A stretch of 64,000 nt of DNA from Tubulanus polymorphus (taxonomy: Eukaryota > Animalia > Nemertea): assembly GCF_964204645.1 (NCBI RefSeq), contig NC_134028.1, forward strand, positions 25,664,345 to 25,728,344. The letters run 5' to 3'. Position 1 is the stretch's first letter; every line of letters begins with the position of its first letter. The translations under genes were made by a program, and so were the position numbers. Of the stretch, positions 13,601-33,100 are shown in pieces. Under the pieces are notes generated by a model. That model had not been told where the DNA came from. It did not search any database and saw nothing but the letters and a program-made list of their open reading frames with translations.

Positions 13601-16600
13601 GGTCAGATTTGTAGAATTTTCCCTGATTTCCTGGGCCCGGTTTCACAGACTGAGTATCAAAGTTATCCTTAGGGGTAAATCCTCAATTTGGGTGACAACC
13701 ACCATAGTAACAATGAGAAACCATGGTTATAACGGACAAATTTCAAAATGTTCCCAGGGACTATCTTTCTTCCACATCTATGAAACCCAGCCCTGGTTTT
13801 TCACATCATTCAAAGTTCCATGATCAGATATATGGCCTTCAGAACGATTTCCGTTGATACAACCGAGGTCTAAATTTATTGAAAAAATCTAAGATCTACT
13901 TGCCCTACACATGCAGTCCGATTGGTGGGACAAGTCGAGTGGGAAAAAGGCTTTGAGACATAAAATTGCACTATAGCCCGGTGGACAAGGTATAATGATA
14001 ACCTACTTGCCCGAATGAAAATAAACTTGTCCCGTGCAATTGGACAAGTGCTTAGATCGGACCCGGACTACGTAGTAATACAGGGTAATCCTCACCTTAC
14101 TCAGACAAGGCCAAATCGGATTTTTGACTAAATCGGACAGAAACGAAATCATTTTTCTGACTTCCTAACGTAAGCCTATTTAGTTGTAAATGTAATACTT
14201 TATGGCTGAAAAATCAAAACGAGCGGAACTCAATTTTACCCCTCAAACGCTACAACAGGCGAGAGTTACAACCGAAGGTTGGTGTGGTCTCCTACCGCAT
14301 TCAAAACATATCGTTTGTACTTCAAGCTTGAATGCAGTGGTCACCATGAATAACATCAGTTCCCAGGGGTCAAAACATTCAACAAAAACTCGAATACAAA
14401 AATCGAAATCTGAACACTGGTCTAAACGAGCCGCGATACGGTGGACAGTAGATACACACGTGTTCATCATCGATAAATAACATCGATTCAAATGTCGCCC
14501 TATTGTTTTTATAAGGTTGTATCCCGGTATCAGATGCTGGTCTATTGATGATCGCGTCCGATTCCCAAGACTCGACCATTGCGAAATTCACGACAACTGA
14601 TACTCAGTCGGCCAGGTGACAACAATACGTATTGTTGTAAAGCGCAACAATGTGTGTGTGTGAACTATTACGCCACGTGCCCGGATGAGAGACGCGTTTG
14701 GTGCCTGGACTAAACCTGTCCGATTCTGTACCGACTACAAACCATCTACAAAATGTTTCACGGTGGCCACTTTTACCACTTTTAAGATCAGTCTAAGTTC
14801 ACATTGGTTCTATTGTCAGCTTAAGACCAGTCTAAGCTCATTTTGGTTCTATAATTAATCTAACAACGTAACACTTGTCTTAATTAATTTTGGTTCTATA
14901 ACCAATCTAAAAACTAAAGACCAGCCTAAAGATTTGAGACTTTTTTTTTACTTAATCCACGACCGTGCAACCAACCCCGGGGTCTTTGAAATAACCACCT
15001 TCAAAAGCGGTTGCGATCAATTTTTCGTGCGACCGTTTTCGAGATTTTCACGACGACGATTTCCATTACGGGACGCACGCGCGACGAAGTGTAAGGAGAC
15101 AAGATAACAATAAACGATGCAAGTGTTCGTCACCGATAACAACTACAGATACTTCGCAATCGTTAAATGTTTTTCGAGAAGTTCGTATCGCTGCCCGTGC
15201 AAACGTGTCAGCGACGACGTGCTGAAATAATCTACCGGTGAATCTAACATCGATCGCCCGTGCGTTCAGTTAAACGACTGAGATTTCACTCTGAGTTCCA
15301 ATCGTATAATTATGACGTTCAGTTTAATGAACGCGGCGGAAATACGGCATCGGTCAACAAAAAAGAGAAGAGAAATTAAATTCAAATTTGTCATCGTGAT
15401 AATTTCTCAACTTTCTTATCAGTGAGAAGACACCACCGTTGCTGTTTATTGATTCGTCCATAAGTGTTTTTTTACTTTCACACTGATCTACAATTACTGC
15501 GCGCAGATTATGAAATGATCGAACAAGATTTGTGTTTCATAGATCAAGTGAGATCGAGTCAGGATCGCGCAAACATAGGTTCTACCACCGAGGAAGATTT
15601 TACAGATTTTTAATGCATTTCTGACCCAAATTTGGGCTCACCAGAAACATCAAACCAGACCCAACGAATCGCGATCTGGTCGAGGTCAGACCCAGCCGAA
15701 TCATCTCTGTCTGATCACCGCTGAGAAGTACAGTCGTGATCAGTTACTTGCTGTTTGAAATTGTACAAAAATGCAATAATCACAACAAACTCTAACCGAT
15801 GATTTACACGAATATTATGTAAATTCCATTTACATTTTGTACCATGCAGGGCGACTTGCTAGACTTGTACAAGTCCAGGAATGGATTCAGGGCGACTTGT
15901 AAGACTTGTACAAGTCCATCAGATTTCGAGTGCCCTTTTTCTTTTTGTCAATGGCACATTTCAGTTCGGGAGCACACCCTATATTGCGTTTTTCGACATC
16001 GAAGTACCTTTTGGGATGTACTTCAAAATTGGCGTCTGCCCCCTGCTATGATTCCCGAATTCAAAATTAAAGCCCGTGTTTTATTCGGAGCAGCGGTGCA
16101 GGGTTAGTAGTCAGGCAGACGCTACGAGAATCAGATCGGTCGTATTTCTACATATTCCTCTCCGTTGTTTTTTCATTGTTTCGATTCTTCGTCAGTATTA
16201 TATTATCGAGCGGGCTCGCGAGCGACCGGAGACCAGGGACGAGGATTGTTGATATTTTACGAGGTGGAAACGTAACCGAATTGCTCATTATTATGGCCGA
16301 CTGGGGACCGCGTTCGACGGAATCAGCATGGCGTGTTGGATGGAGATAATTTTCTTGGTTCGGTCACAGTCGGCTGATTCGCTATATCATTACGCGGGGG
16401 TAACAGTGATGGATGACCCGTACATCACAGCGCGCCGCACACTGCTGCTGCTGCTGCTGCTCTGTGATATATCAACAAAAAGTGCGCCGGCGCAAATTGC
16501 AGTAGAGAGGATGTGAAAATCACCGAATCAGGATCGAAATAACGAATTGAGCAGAAAAATTATCAGCGGCAAGAATCGTACATAGTCATGTTTCAATTAC

Positions 16601-17454
16601 TTAACAAAAAAATTCTGTAAATTCGACCGCCGATCACACATTATCTGTACTTCGATTTCCGATTTCAAAATGAAACCCCCTGTTTCACTCCCGGCAGGTG
16701 TGGTGGGTTTGTTAGGGACGCCATCAAATCAAATGAAATCTACCGATTAAATAGATAACGAGGTCAATCCCTATTTCAAGGTCACACATCAGCGAGAAAC
16801 TCATTTCACATAATGTCTACTTTCTGCTAATCGATGTGACTTGTTTTTTCTGTGTGATATTTTGCTAAAGCTTGGGGCTGCGGGAGGTACATACTTCATT
16901 TAGGTCTATATCCGAAAAATACATCTATATCTCGTGGAGACGTTTCAACTTGCGGGATTTAGTCCCGATTCCCAGAATGTACTGAAATTTCACATCAATT
17001 TTATATCAGATTTTTTCGCAACGTCAACTGTTGTTCGTACATACATATCAACAGATATATGACCTCTTATAACCGGCCTAATTCGTTAATTGAACCGATA
17101 TTTACCGAGATCAGGCGTGATAAACGTCGTCTAAACCGGATTAATCTGAAAGAACTTGAAGAAAACTTCCGCAATTCGAATTCGATACCGAACAATAAAA
17201 CGATCCGCGATTCGACAAAAGCTGTCGGGTTTTTCTCGAACAATAATCCATCAAAAAATCAGAAATGAATACGTTATAATCGAATATGTGAATATTTCAT
17301 CGTGATTTGAGGAAGGAGGTTTTTCTTCGAATTGTGACGATGTTTATTCGCGGAAATAAGACGAAGCTGAAGTTTACCGAGGGCGACCGCCGTGACGCGA
17401 CATCTCAAACATGCTGATCACTAGTTTAATTAGAGTGTTAGAAAATTCAGCCAG

Positions 17455-17965
17455 GGCTAAAAAAAATGATGCCTTGTTTCTCGTTTCTGCTCAGCTTAAA
17501 AAGTTGACCGTACTAAGAACAGTTATCCACTCAACAAACTGAGCTAACCTCACATGACTACATACAATACTTTCTATAAAGATCATGATGAAGCTAAACA
17601 TAACGGATATCATGTTCAATTTGTTGTATAAACGAATAAACATCTTCTTCACGAGGAGTCACTAATCATCTTCAGGAGGAGTCAATAATCATCTTCAGGA
17701 GTAGTCAATAATCATCTTCAGGAGGAGTCAATAATCATCTTCAGGAGGAGTCAATAATCATCTTCAGGAGGAGTCAATAATCATTGTCAGGAGGAGTCAA
17801 TAATCATTGTCAGGAGGAGTCAATAATCATTGTCAGGAGGAGTCAATAATCATCTTCAATACTGATGTCATCCTCAAGAGTCAATAGTCATTAGCTATAG
17901 CAATGATCTGATTACAAATTTAATTGCAGTTTTTAAGAGAAACAAGGTATCAATTTTCTTTAGCC
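17455..17965. mobile_element. GGCTA-ended MITE copy 1, containing a 21-bp minisatellite
   Basis: TIRs ggctaaaaaaaatgatgccttgtttc ... gaaacaaggtatcaattttctttagcc; homologous to 36400-36617. Confidence 0.7.
17646..17890 (+). repeat. 21-bp minisatellite (tcttcaggaggagtcaataatca-type), about 10 units
   Basis: Direct tandem units visible. Confidence 0.9.
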
Positions 17966-18723
17966 TAATCTGGGTTTTTTGTCCATTGACAGGGAATTAA
18001 CGAAGCAAAGAAAAAAAAACGCAAACATTTTTTTTTTCAAATTTCATTCTCGTAGTAGAATGCTTAATGTTTAACGACGTTCACCACGCGAGGAACAGTT
18101 TTGACAACTGGAACTAAATGGAGCCGAACGAACGGAGAAAACCACAATGAAAACATCATCAAATTCAACTGAAAAACGTCGCACAAACCAGCATTCGACG
18201 TTCTCCGCCAGTCACGCACCGGTGAACGTTGTTTTCTTAGCATTGTTGTGTCATCGCCGTCGACGACGACTCGGTAGCTAAGAACGCGCGCGCGCGACGC
18301 GGGGCCGCCCCGTCCGAAAGAAATATACGAGACAGGAAGCAAAACAGTTCGGCGCTTAATTACAAACGCGAGCGGTTTAACGACGAATTTCGCGAAGGAA
18401 GTCGAACCACATTCAAAACAAACTGGTTACAGTCAAATCGGCTACGGTTTACGAGCAGGTAGAAAAACAAGAGTGAATCGACATCCTACGAGCAAACAAC
18501 GAACGTGATTTATGAGGCTTTATATGAAATATAAATCATGAAAATGTAACAATCACAACAAACCCGAACCAACCCCGCAACGCATTAATTTCAGGATCGT
18601 AGAAATAATAGGCTTCATTATCGTTGTAACGTTTGATGAAACACTCAATCAATGTTATAGATATAATATTAAAAAGTATTCGCGAAGATGACTCCTGTAG
18701 ATGACTTTATAGACTCGAGTCGT

Positions 18724-19170
18724 GAAGATGACTTCAGTATTCCTGAAGATGACTTCAGTATTCCTGAAGATGACTACTGACTCCTGAAGATGACTTCAGT
18801 ATTCCTGAAGATGACTTCAGTATTCCTGAAGATGACTTCAGTATTCCCGAAGATGACTTCAGTATTCCCGAAGATGACTTCAGTATTCCCGAAGATGACT
18901 TCAGTATTCCCGAAGATGACTTCAGTATTCCCGAAGATGACTTCAGTATTCCTGAAGATGACTTCAGTATTCCTGAAGATGACTTCAGTATTCCTGAAAA
19001 TGACTATTGACTCTTAAAGATGACTTCACTAATCCTGATGATGATCATTGACTCCTCCTGAAGATGACTTCAGTACCAGTATTTCTGAAAATGTCTTTTG
19101 ACTATTGACGACTTTGGTAATCAATGCAGAAGATGACAATGGACTCTTGAAGATGACTTTGACTCCTGAA
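18724..19170 (+). repeat. 21-bp minisatellite (cctgaagatgacttcagtatt), about 14 good units plus degenerate flanks
   Basis: Tandem units; produces the spurious MTSVFLK ORF. Confidence 0.95.
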
Positions 19171-21259
19171 GATGTCAGAAGAACAAATAAAACATGAGCT
19201 TAAGAAAACATTTCAAACTCGTTTTTCTTTCTCATTTTGGGATTTTATATCATTCTATATTTTCATTTCAAAACTCCCTAAACTAGTAACTGGACGCGGG
19301 AGAGAATGGAAAATTGAAAAGCTAAATGATTTGATTGTTTAGTCTGCAGGACATAACCAAACTGAGAACAATCCCGATGATAAAGATAAGATATCAGTGC
19401 GGGTTTAATCATCGAGTTCCTAAAACAATTATCATTACGAAATAAAAGATGAAGAGATTAGACTTGTATCTTTAAAATGAGCGACAACACGACCGACCGA
19501 GACATGCACGCTACAACAAAGCGCATCCCGGCGACCGTCGAAAAATGTATAAATCAGATTTAATTGTTGCATGACCGCAAAACCGAACATTCGCTAGTGA
19601 CATCAACTGGCGTCAGTTAGACGGCCGCGCGAGGTTATCCGATATCGGATTTTAAATAATCCTCTTCGAAATCTCAATCACGTTAATATCATCAGATTTA
19701 TCATATTATTATCGGTCACTTCATCGAAAACGTTTAGATCTCGTTGTCCGTCTACGTGATGTGATAGTTTTCGATTATCGTTTTGTTTCTAGAAACCGTT
19801 TGAAATGTGCTTAATTCGGGGTTAATTGCTTTAACCCTTTCAGAGCTGGCGATAACGTGCACATTTTTAAAAATTCCACCCTAGTGTGTTGAATAGCAGG
19901 CATACGGCTATAGTATGTCTACGGGCTGCGCGGTGTATCATTAGTTACTAATATTTAACTGTGTTTGAATGGTAAAGCCCAAGCTCCAGCCCGAGCCCAA
20001 ATCACATACTGGTAAGCGTTTTTAGCGTAGAGTAATTGTTTCCAATGGTGCGAAACCTGGTTTTAGCCCTTCCAAAACGCCGGGGTAGGCCTGAAACTAA
20101 CTTCAGCATGCGTCAAACTGATAGCCTGTAAATGCTAACCGAGTGATTTACACACTCTTATTAATAAACACTGGCTAAAACTGATTTTGGTCTGGTGGTC
20201 AGGGTCGGTCATCTCCACGTTGTTACTCATTTCTAGGAAGACCCACTAACTGAACAGCTTTCAGTTTAAAAACTCCTGCAACAAAACCTCAGTCCTTTAA
20301 ATGAATAGATAATCACAAGACGGACATTATCGACCGCATAGAATATAAATCAAACCGCGAACGGCAATAGCGTTCATAATCAGTTTCATAAACATATTAA
20401 ACGGCCAGTAATCGAGGCTAACAGATTTTTTTCACCGCGGTAAATGTCTCCCAGAAGGATCGTAGATTTATCAGAGGGTGAGCGAGCGAGCGTACGACGC
20501 GCACTGTCCGTCCGCGCTAATGTCTACGATGTGCACGTACGTGTAAAAAACACAAATTAAACCAATTTACAAATAAAAGACTCGTTTCTAGATGGATAAA
20601 GTCGACGTACATCTGGCCGGATCGGTCTAACCGAAATCACCATCGTTTAAACGCATTTAAAATCCTAACGGGACGGACCGCCGCACCCGAGGGAACTATA
20701 CTGGACAGTCGCACTCTAGGGAACTATACTCGGCACCGACCAGCCCGACAATCTTGACGATCAATTCGTTTTTGCCCGGCTCTGATTGTCCGGCCACTTG
20801 ATCCGCAATTCACTATTGTTCTCGTCACAATAAAAGCTCTTTAAACGCTAATCCGTTATTTAGATACAAACGCAGATAATTCTTTTAAAGGTTTCATTTA
20901 CTCGATCGATCGATGTTTACCGATGAAAAACAGTTTTTGATGATGAGGTTCCACTCCGCGCTCCTCAAAGGTTTTTCGTGACCACAAGATACGCATTGCA
21001 GATAATAAGATCGTCTTTAGTTATTGATACCGAATGAGGTTTTATTTTTATTTCTCCAGTTTTTATCATTAACTATATCTAATATTTGCAGACCGATTTA
21101 TGAGATAAACAATTGAAAAAAAAATAACGGCTTAACGCAAAGAAATTCAGCGAAACCAACAAATTCTCGGATTCTAGAAATATTGCTTACAGTACAGTAC
21201 TTCATATAGGGTTCTTACCGATCAGAGAATTCCCGATATTGACCTAACCCCTGACCAGA

Positions 21260-21460
21260 AACTCCCGTATCAAATTACAGGATATACTCAGCGAGGGCGT
21301 TTTTTAACAAGAGGTTCCTAATGCCACTTGTCACCAGCAAGACAAACAAGACACCAAAAATTCAAACTCCCGTATCAAATTACAGGATATACTCAGCGAG
21401 GGCTGTTTCTTATCAAGAGGTTCCTTGTGCCATTTGTCACCAGGAAGACAAACGAGACAC
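21260..21460 (+). repeat. About 105-bp tandem duplication
   Basis: aactcccgtatcaaattacaggatatactcagcgagggc occurs at about 21260 and 21365, with continued similarity downstream. Confidence 0.8.
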
Positions 21461-22550
21461 CAAAACTTAAAATTCCTTGACTTATCCCTGATTTTCAAGA
21501 GGAGTAAAAATTTCTTAATTTTCCCTGATCTGTAAGAACCTGGTTTCAACAATAATCAATGGAAATTTAAACTCATTAGTAAACAGATCTGAATAGTCAG
21601 TAAGCAGATGCCTGAAGGCACTTAAAAGCCGACCAATGAACATCACTTTGTCGTTTTTAAAAACGCGAACAGCTTGACCACAACATTGATGGTAATGAGT
21701 GACACAAGTGTATGATAATGACACATAGAGATTATCTATTGAATATTGTATCGATGAACCACCTACTGATTGAACACCTGTCTCAGGTATCAATTAGGTC
21801 TCCAGCCATGTGCTCAATAGAACGAACACTGACTCTCTAATCTGTAATCTGACGTTAGCGATGAACAATAGATTTTCGGTAATATTTTCTCATCGAGCGT
21901 TGACTATAGGTTTTTTACATGATTTGGTTAAGCTTCAAAACTTCCACATAATCGTGAAAAGAACTATCTTCGAAACTTTATCTTTCAAAAACTTTCGGGG
22001 TCATTTTGTGTAATTTTCATCCTTGCCACTCTGATTACACTGAAGAATCTCAATTGAAAACACAATTTCCTATTGGTATCTCGAAATATTTTGTAGATTC
22101 CGGGAATCCAAAGCCAAGTATTCTAACCTTAAATAATATAAAAACTTATCGCCAACATTAAGGGCGCAGTGCAAAAAAAATCACTATTTTGTGGTTGTGA
22201 AAAAAATCATCATCCCGACTAATTTTCCTAATGAATCGGGCCGATTTATTTTAGCTATTTTTGCTATTGTTTTTACGATTCGTGACAGCGACACGATATC
22301 GACTAATCTAAAAGGCTAATTCCCATGATTTGCGATTCATTTTAATAACCGGAGAGAGACATAAGCAGCAGCAGCAGCGGCGGCGACAACACCCGCAAAC
22401 AATCATCAACACAGTCGACATAGTGATTTCATTATTTATTCATCGCAATGATCAAATCGCTCGCGCTCTCTCTCTCTCTCGCGCGCTGAGAGACGGATTT
22501 GAAATGATTGAAAATCATAACCCACACGAATCACGAGAAGAGACGGGTCA

Positions 22551-22883
22551 GGGACCATTCATTCATTACGTACGCATGAAATTCTAATATTTGCACGTGA
22601 GCATACGTTCATTTAGAGCCATGCCCCTGCGTAACCTATGTACGGAAAAATGTATATCGTCAATATGAACAATCCGTCTGACATAACTTCAATACCGATT
22701 TTAATCTGAAAAGAAAAACTGTTACGAGCATTTAGAATTCGGTCTCAGAAATTTCTCATACAATAGTAGTCATAATAGCATGCGTAGGTACAACATATCA
22801 TTTGACCCTCCTCGTCGTACAAGTACGCAGCGGAAATAACCCTCACCCGCCCCAATGTGCGTACGTAATAAATGAACGGTCCC
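22551..22883. mobile_element. PIF/Harbinger-type (Tourist-like) MITE, 333 bp
   Basis: 26-bp TIRs GGGACCATTCATTCATTACGTACGCA / TGCGTACGTAATAAATGAACGGTCCC (2 mismatches), with a 3-bp TCA duplication on both sides. Confidence 0.85.
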
Positions 22884-23820
22884 TCACACGGAGAAAACGA
22901 TGCATCGAACAATCGTCAATAATAAATGACGACAGACGCTTAGCAAATTATTACATACAATTTGGTAATGACCTGATAGCAGCGATACGCATGCGAGCTG
23001 AACGCACACGGCAGAAAAATACTAAAACACGCCACCATAATAATAACAATAACAATAATGAAACGTTTCAACGAGAAAAAAATAGAAAATCATTTTTAGA
23101 AAAGGTATTAAATTCAATACGGCGAAAGATAATAGAAAATCTATTATTTTTTCTGTAGCGTTTCTATTGATATTAAAATCTAGCCGGGAAATTAAATAGC
23201 ATTTTCAACATCTAAATATCGAGATCGACAAGACATGAAAATCAGTCGGATCTTACGGATCAAATCAATCAGTAATCAACAGTAAGACCCTCAGTAACAT
23301 CTTTCATTTTTCTGTTCAAATTAATCAGTAATCAACAGTACGACCCTCAGTAACATCTGTCATATTTCTATATGCATCAAATAAATCGAATCAATATTTC
23401 TCGTAATGCAGTAACAAATACTGAAAATCAGAAACAGTTGGCAGCTCTTGGTTAGTATTTCAGAGCACTTGGCACACCTGTAAATACCGATAAATTTCAT
23501 TACCGCAGTTTTTGGTGACACTGCGTTAAACAGAAATGCTCAGTTCATCCACAGTGCCAAACATGTATATTTCTGTGATACGGGTTTTTCCTAAATCAAT
23601 CCCCTTGGCATATTTTGGCAACGGGGGCATACATGACTTCTCGAGTGGCAGTGATCATGTAACATTAAACGAATGAAGCCTCAAATTTAGATCTACAATG
23701 CTGCCACCTTACGGTAAAATCTTGAACCAAAACTAAAACATCAACAGCCAGATGTATCAGGCAACATGGAAAACACTTTAAAACTATAAACCATAAATAC
23801 AGTAAACCCTTTATTCTTAC

Positions 23821-29242
<5,422 letters not shown>

Positions 29243-29559
29243 CTTAATTCTTGTTATCTACAAAACAAATATGATTGAAATTGAATTCGTGCCATGTCTT
29301 TAAAGTGTAGCAGTTACTCAGTGATTTCCAGGGCAGGCAAAAAAGGAATGTCAAGCAAGGACCCTCTTTGGACTTAGCTTTTGAGTTAGGCCCTAATTAG
29401 GCAAACTGACTTAATTAACTACCTTTTGGTTCCCTTAAGATAATGTTTACTGTTCAAGGTGTAAAACTGATGAACTACAATGATTTAAACTAAAAACGAG
29501 CAAGTTTTATTGCTAAAAACGGCTTTTAAAACATGTTCGATATTCGCGAGAAGCCGCTT

Positions 29560-29710
29560 TTCTTCAAAAGTTGAAAATCACTTCCGCGTTCAAATTTGGC
29601 ACCCTTCAGAAATAGAGGCAAAACTAAACTGCTTTTCTGAAAAGCAGTATAAAACATTGGATTAAAGGGATTTAAATAAATAAAATATTCATATTCAAGA
29701 AATTGGAAAA
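29560..29710 (-). promoter_or_regulatory. Putative MELK cell-cycle promoter (CHR + CCAAT boxes) within a short bidirectional promoter region
   Basis: On the minus strand, TTTGAA at 29594-29589 and 29568-29563, CCAAT at 29660-29656 and 29706-29702, and an E2F-like CTTCCGCG at 29581-29588. An acceptor just upstream of the MELK ATG (ttttgtag) implies a non-coding first exon in this region. Confidence 0.45.
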
Positions 29711-30104
29711 TAACGCAAAAATATATAGAAATTTTCTATGTTTGATATATAAAAAACATTTTTATCTATCATCTCTTTTATTTTGTTATTTAGATTTGCC
29801 TGGTTGGCACATAAAGGAGTACTCCGATTATCGGATTAGCCCCGCCAGGTACCCGCACAGCGCAACCACGAAATTCAATATACATTTTATTGTACAAAAC
29901 TAATAAGGGTCTCCCAGGTTCGAACCCGGTCCTGCTGTCTATTCAGGGTCTAATTCCGTTCATCCGCATTAGTCTTTGTTCGCAAATCGCTCACAGGTCT
30001 TATGTATCAGTTTCCAGTCGGTGATTGTTGTCAATAAATTAAATTTGAGTTTTCGGTTAAAGCGAAATGCAATATCCGAGATTATTGCTCCACACTCAGT
30101 CAAC

Positions 30105-33100
30105 ATGGCTTCCGACGAGGTAAGTTGAATTTTTCGAACTTTTTTGAAATATTTATTTCGAAATGTCCGCCGTGCGTCATCTAAATTCCATGTGCGTTAC
30201 TTGTATAGTTAAAACAGTTTGTATTGTAACATCGGGTTGAAGGGTGCAATTGAAATGCATGTCATATCTGAATATTGCAAGTGCAAACATTTCCAAGTTT
30301 TGGCCTTTTTCAATTTTCTCACTTAGTGCCTGGACGTTCGATTCTGTTACTCGATAATTACTGTATTGGTTGATTCTGTAACTCAACTCTTTTTAGGATG
30401 AAGATTTGAAGGCTCTTCGTTTAGCTGTGCTCGCATCGATGAAAAATGTAAGCAGGCCTATGTGGCTAAACTTTTTATGCTTATAACAAACCAAAAGGGC
30501 AAAAAGAAGGATTACGAAACAATTCTATCAATACACATCATTTAGCCTCTACTAAGATTTGCCTAACTGCAGTTCAGGTTGCCTATCTTCTGTGTGTAAT
30601 CAATAAGGATTAGGATTATGGTTATGCATTGGTACATACCCAATCAGGACACTTAGGCAAAGGCAGAGTTTGACTACAAAATGCTCATCATATGTCACAT
30701 CATATATAGCAGTATCTCATGTACAAACTAAATAATTGCTGCTCTAGTGCATAATTTTGGGGGTCAAACTGAAAATTTCAATATCATCTACTAAGCTCCC
30801 TAAGTTTTCAACAAAATTGAAAAACTGCATTCGCTTCCAAAGCTTAATAATCGGATGACTTTTTGGGATTGCAGAAGACAAGTAGCAGCGATAAAAGCGA
30901 TGAATTAGAAACAGATGATTTGGAAGCTTTGAGAGCTGCGGCTTTACAAACCAGAAAGAAAGATATAATCATTCAACCACCACCACCAAGAACTTTCATA
31001 CCGCAAACAACTGTCTTCAGTGTAAGCATATTGTATTCCGCTGAACCCAAGAATCAATTCATTTTCAACGTTTTGACTATAAATCCTAATAGTCATCTTC
31101 AGGAGTCGTTTCCATAGTCATGTGGCTAAGATTTAAAACCAGTCTAATGCCTTCTGAGTCGCTAATCTATCAACTAAGATTACTTTTGGACTTGAGTCTC
31201 CACTATGGAACCAGCCATAGGAATAGACGGAATAAGGTTAGAACAAAGTTATGCAATGGTGCTCAGTATTGCTGAAGATGCTTATGATAGTCAAAACGTC
31301 TCAAATGAATCGTTACCTAAAGGAAAGTATGGGATTTAGCTATAGTGTTTGGATTCCCTGATCTGTAAGAAACCTGGGACCAGTTGCTCAAAAGTTGGTT
31401 GTAGATAAGCGGTGAATAAATACCGTAGTAATGATGAACTTTTACTTGTCGCTTTGTTATCTATCCACTGGTTAACTTTTTCCAACCCCGGCAGGTGTGG
31501 TAGGTCTGTAAGGGACACTCATTCAAAAAATCAATCGAAATTTACCAGCCAAATAAATGATTTTAAGATCAAAAAACTTTTTCCAACCTTTGAGCAACTG
31601 CAGCCCCTGACTAGCGGTATTTGTATTTATCGTATTGTGTTAACTGCAGGAGCAGCCCGGTAACCTGCAGATCGGTCATGGCAGATATCACAGAGATAAT
31701 CGAGGAGCTCCGGGTAACTGGAATTCACGGCCGGCGTTTCAGCGCACGAAAAACCTGATAGTGATTCCTACCGACCCCGATTCAACGTCCTCGTCTTCCA
31801 GTTTCGATCGCAAATCGATTACGTCCGATAAGAATATTCTTCTACGACCGCAAGATCGTTGGGCCGATAGTAACACTAGCAGTCCTTGTCTTTCTCCGAA
31901 AACAAAAGGTATGATTGATTCAAGAGTAAAGTACATTGCTCCTAGACGAGGAGTCAACTTACGTTATCTATTTCACACCAATTAAAGTGACAAGCACTCA
32001 GTATCAAATAACTTCATTTTCATTCAACTCAGAAACTGGATTTTTAGCCTAATATTATCATATGATCCACCAAATATACAATATTAGTTAGATAAGTCAA
32101 CATTGTGAATTCACGTTGGCTTACCTAAAAAAGTAAATGATGACTTAAGTAAATTGAATTAAATACGCAAGTTTGGACTCTAAAATAGAGTCGACTTAAG
32201 TAATGTGATGACTTATATCGGATGATGAATTCAAAACTTTCTAAATTGAATTGGAAATACAAACTAGGACTCACAAACAGATATGACTTCAGTAATGTAG
32301 CGACTTAACCGACGAGTTAGACAGCTCGACTTGTTCTACCCTTGGTGTTAAAGGTAAGCGTGAAAATATATTTTTTTCGAATTAAAATGTGTTCTTTTTC
32401 TTTGCAGTCAGTGATAAGTTCCGACGATTCGAAAGCAGCGGAAGTGAAAGCGAAGAATCGTCTTCGGATTCCGGCGACGATTCCGACGGGAAAGACGAAT
32501 CGTCTGATCTCGAAACTTCCGTCGTTTCCGATCATAACGTTGAAATTACGGATACCGATGAAATTCGGGCGGGTGTCGCGCACGAGATCAGTTTACTAGA
32601 ACAGAATGTTAGTTTACTCGATGACGATCTGATTAATTTGACCGAAGTCGCGGAAGAAGCCGACACCAGACGCTTCGTTATTTGCAACGACGGCGCTTCC
32701 GGAAATAATCCCGCGAAACCATCCGCCGATTCGAGGTCGTCGGTCGTAGGTTCGTATATCGTCGAAAAACGGGATGATTCACCCGACAAACGAATCGCGA
32801 ATCCGGCGCCGATTCACATTAAACGTGACGATAATCACGAAATCCGTCGCGAAAAACCAACAGAAAATGTTGTCGCGAGTGACAAAAGTGAAACTGCTGA
32901 TTTAGATCGAACGACTGATTCAGCCGATCGCGCTCAAGTGATTAAAAAACCGACTATCATTCATATCGAAAGAACCGTAACGAAATCGCAGAAAAAAGAC
33001 AGCGCGGCGATACGCGATACTGAGAAACATACTACTAGGTCTATCGATACGAGCTCGAGGAATTTGATGGCGAAAAACGCGTCAAAATCAGATTTGGAAA

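Noticed and set aside
18790-19017. ORF of repeated MTSVFLK/MTSVFPK
   Set aside because: By-product of the 21-bp minisatellite; no splice or promoter support.
29905-29970. GGTTCGAACC as part of a tRNA gene
   Set aside because: No acceptor stem, D-arm or anticodon arm can be folded around it.
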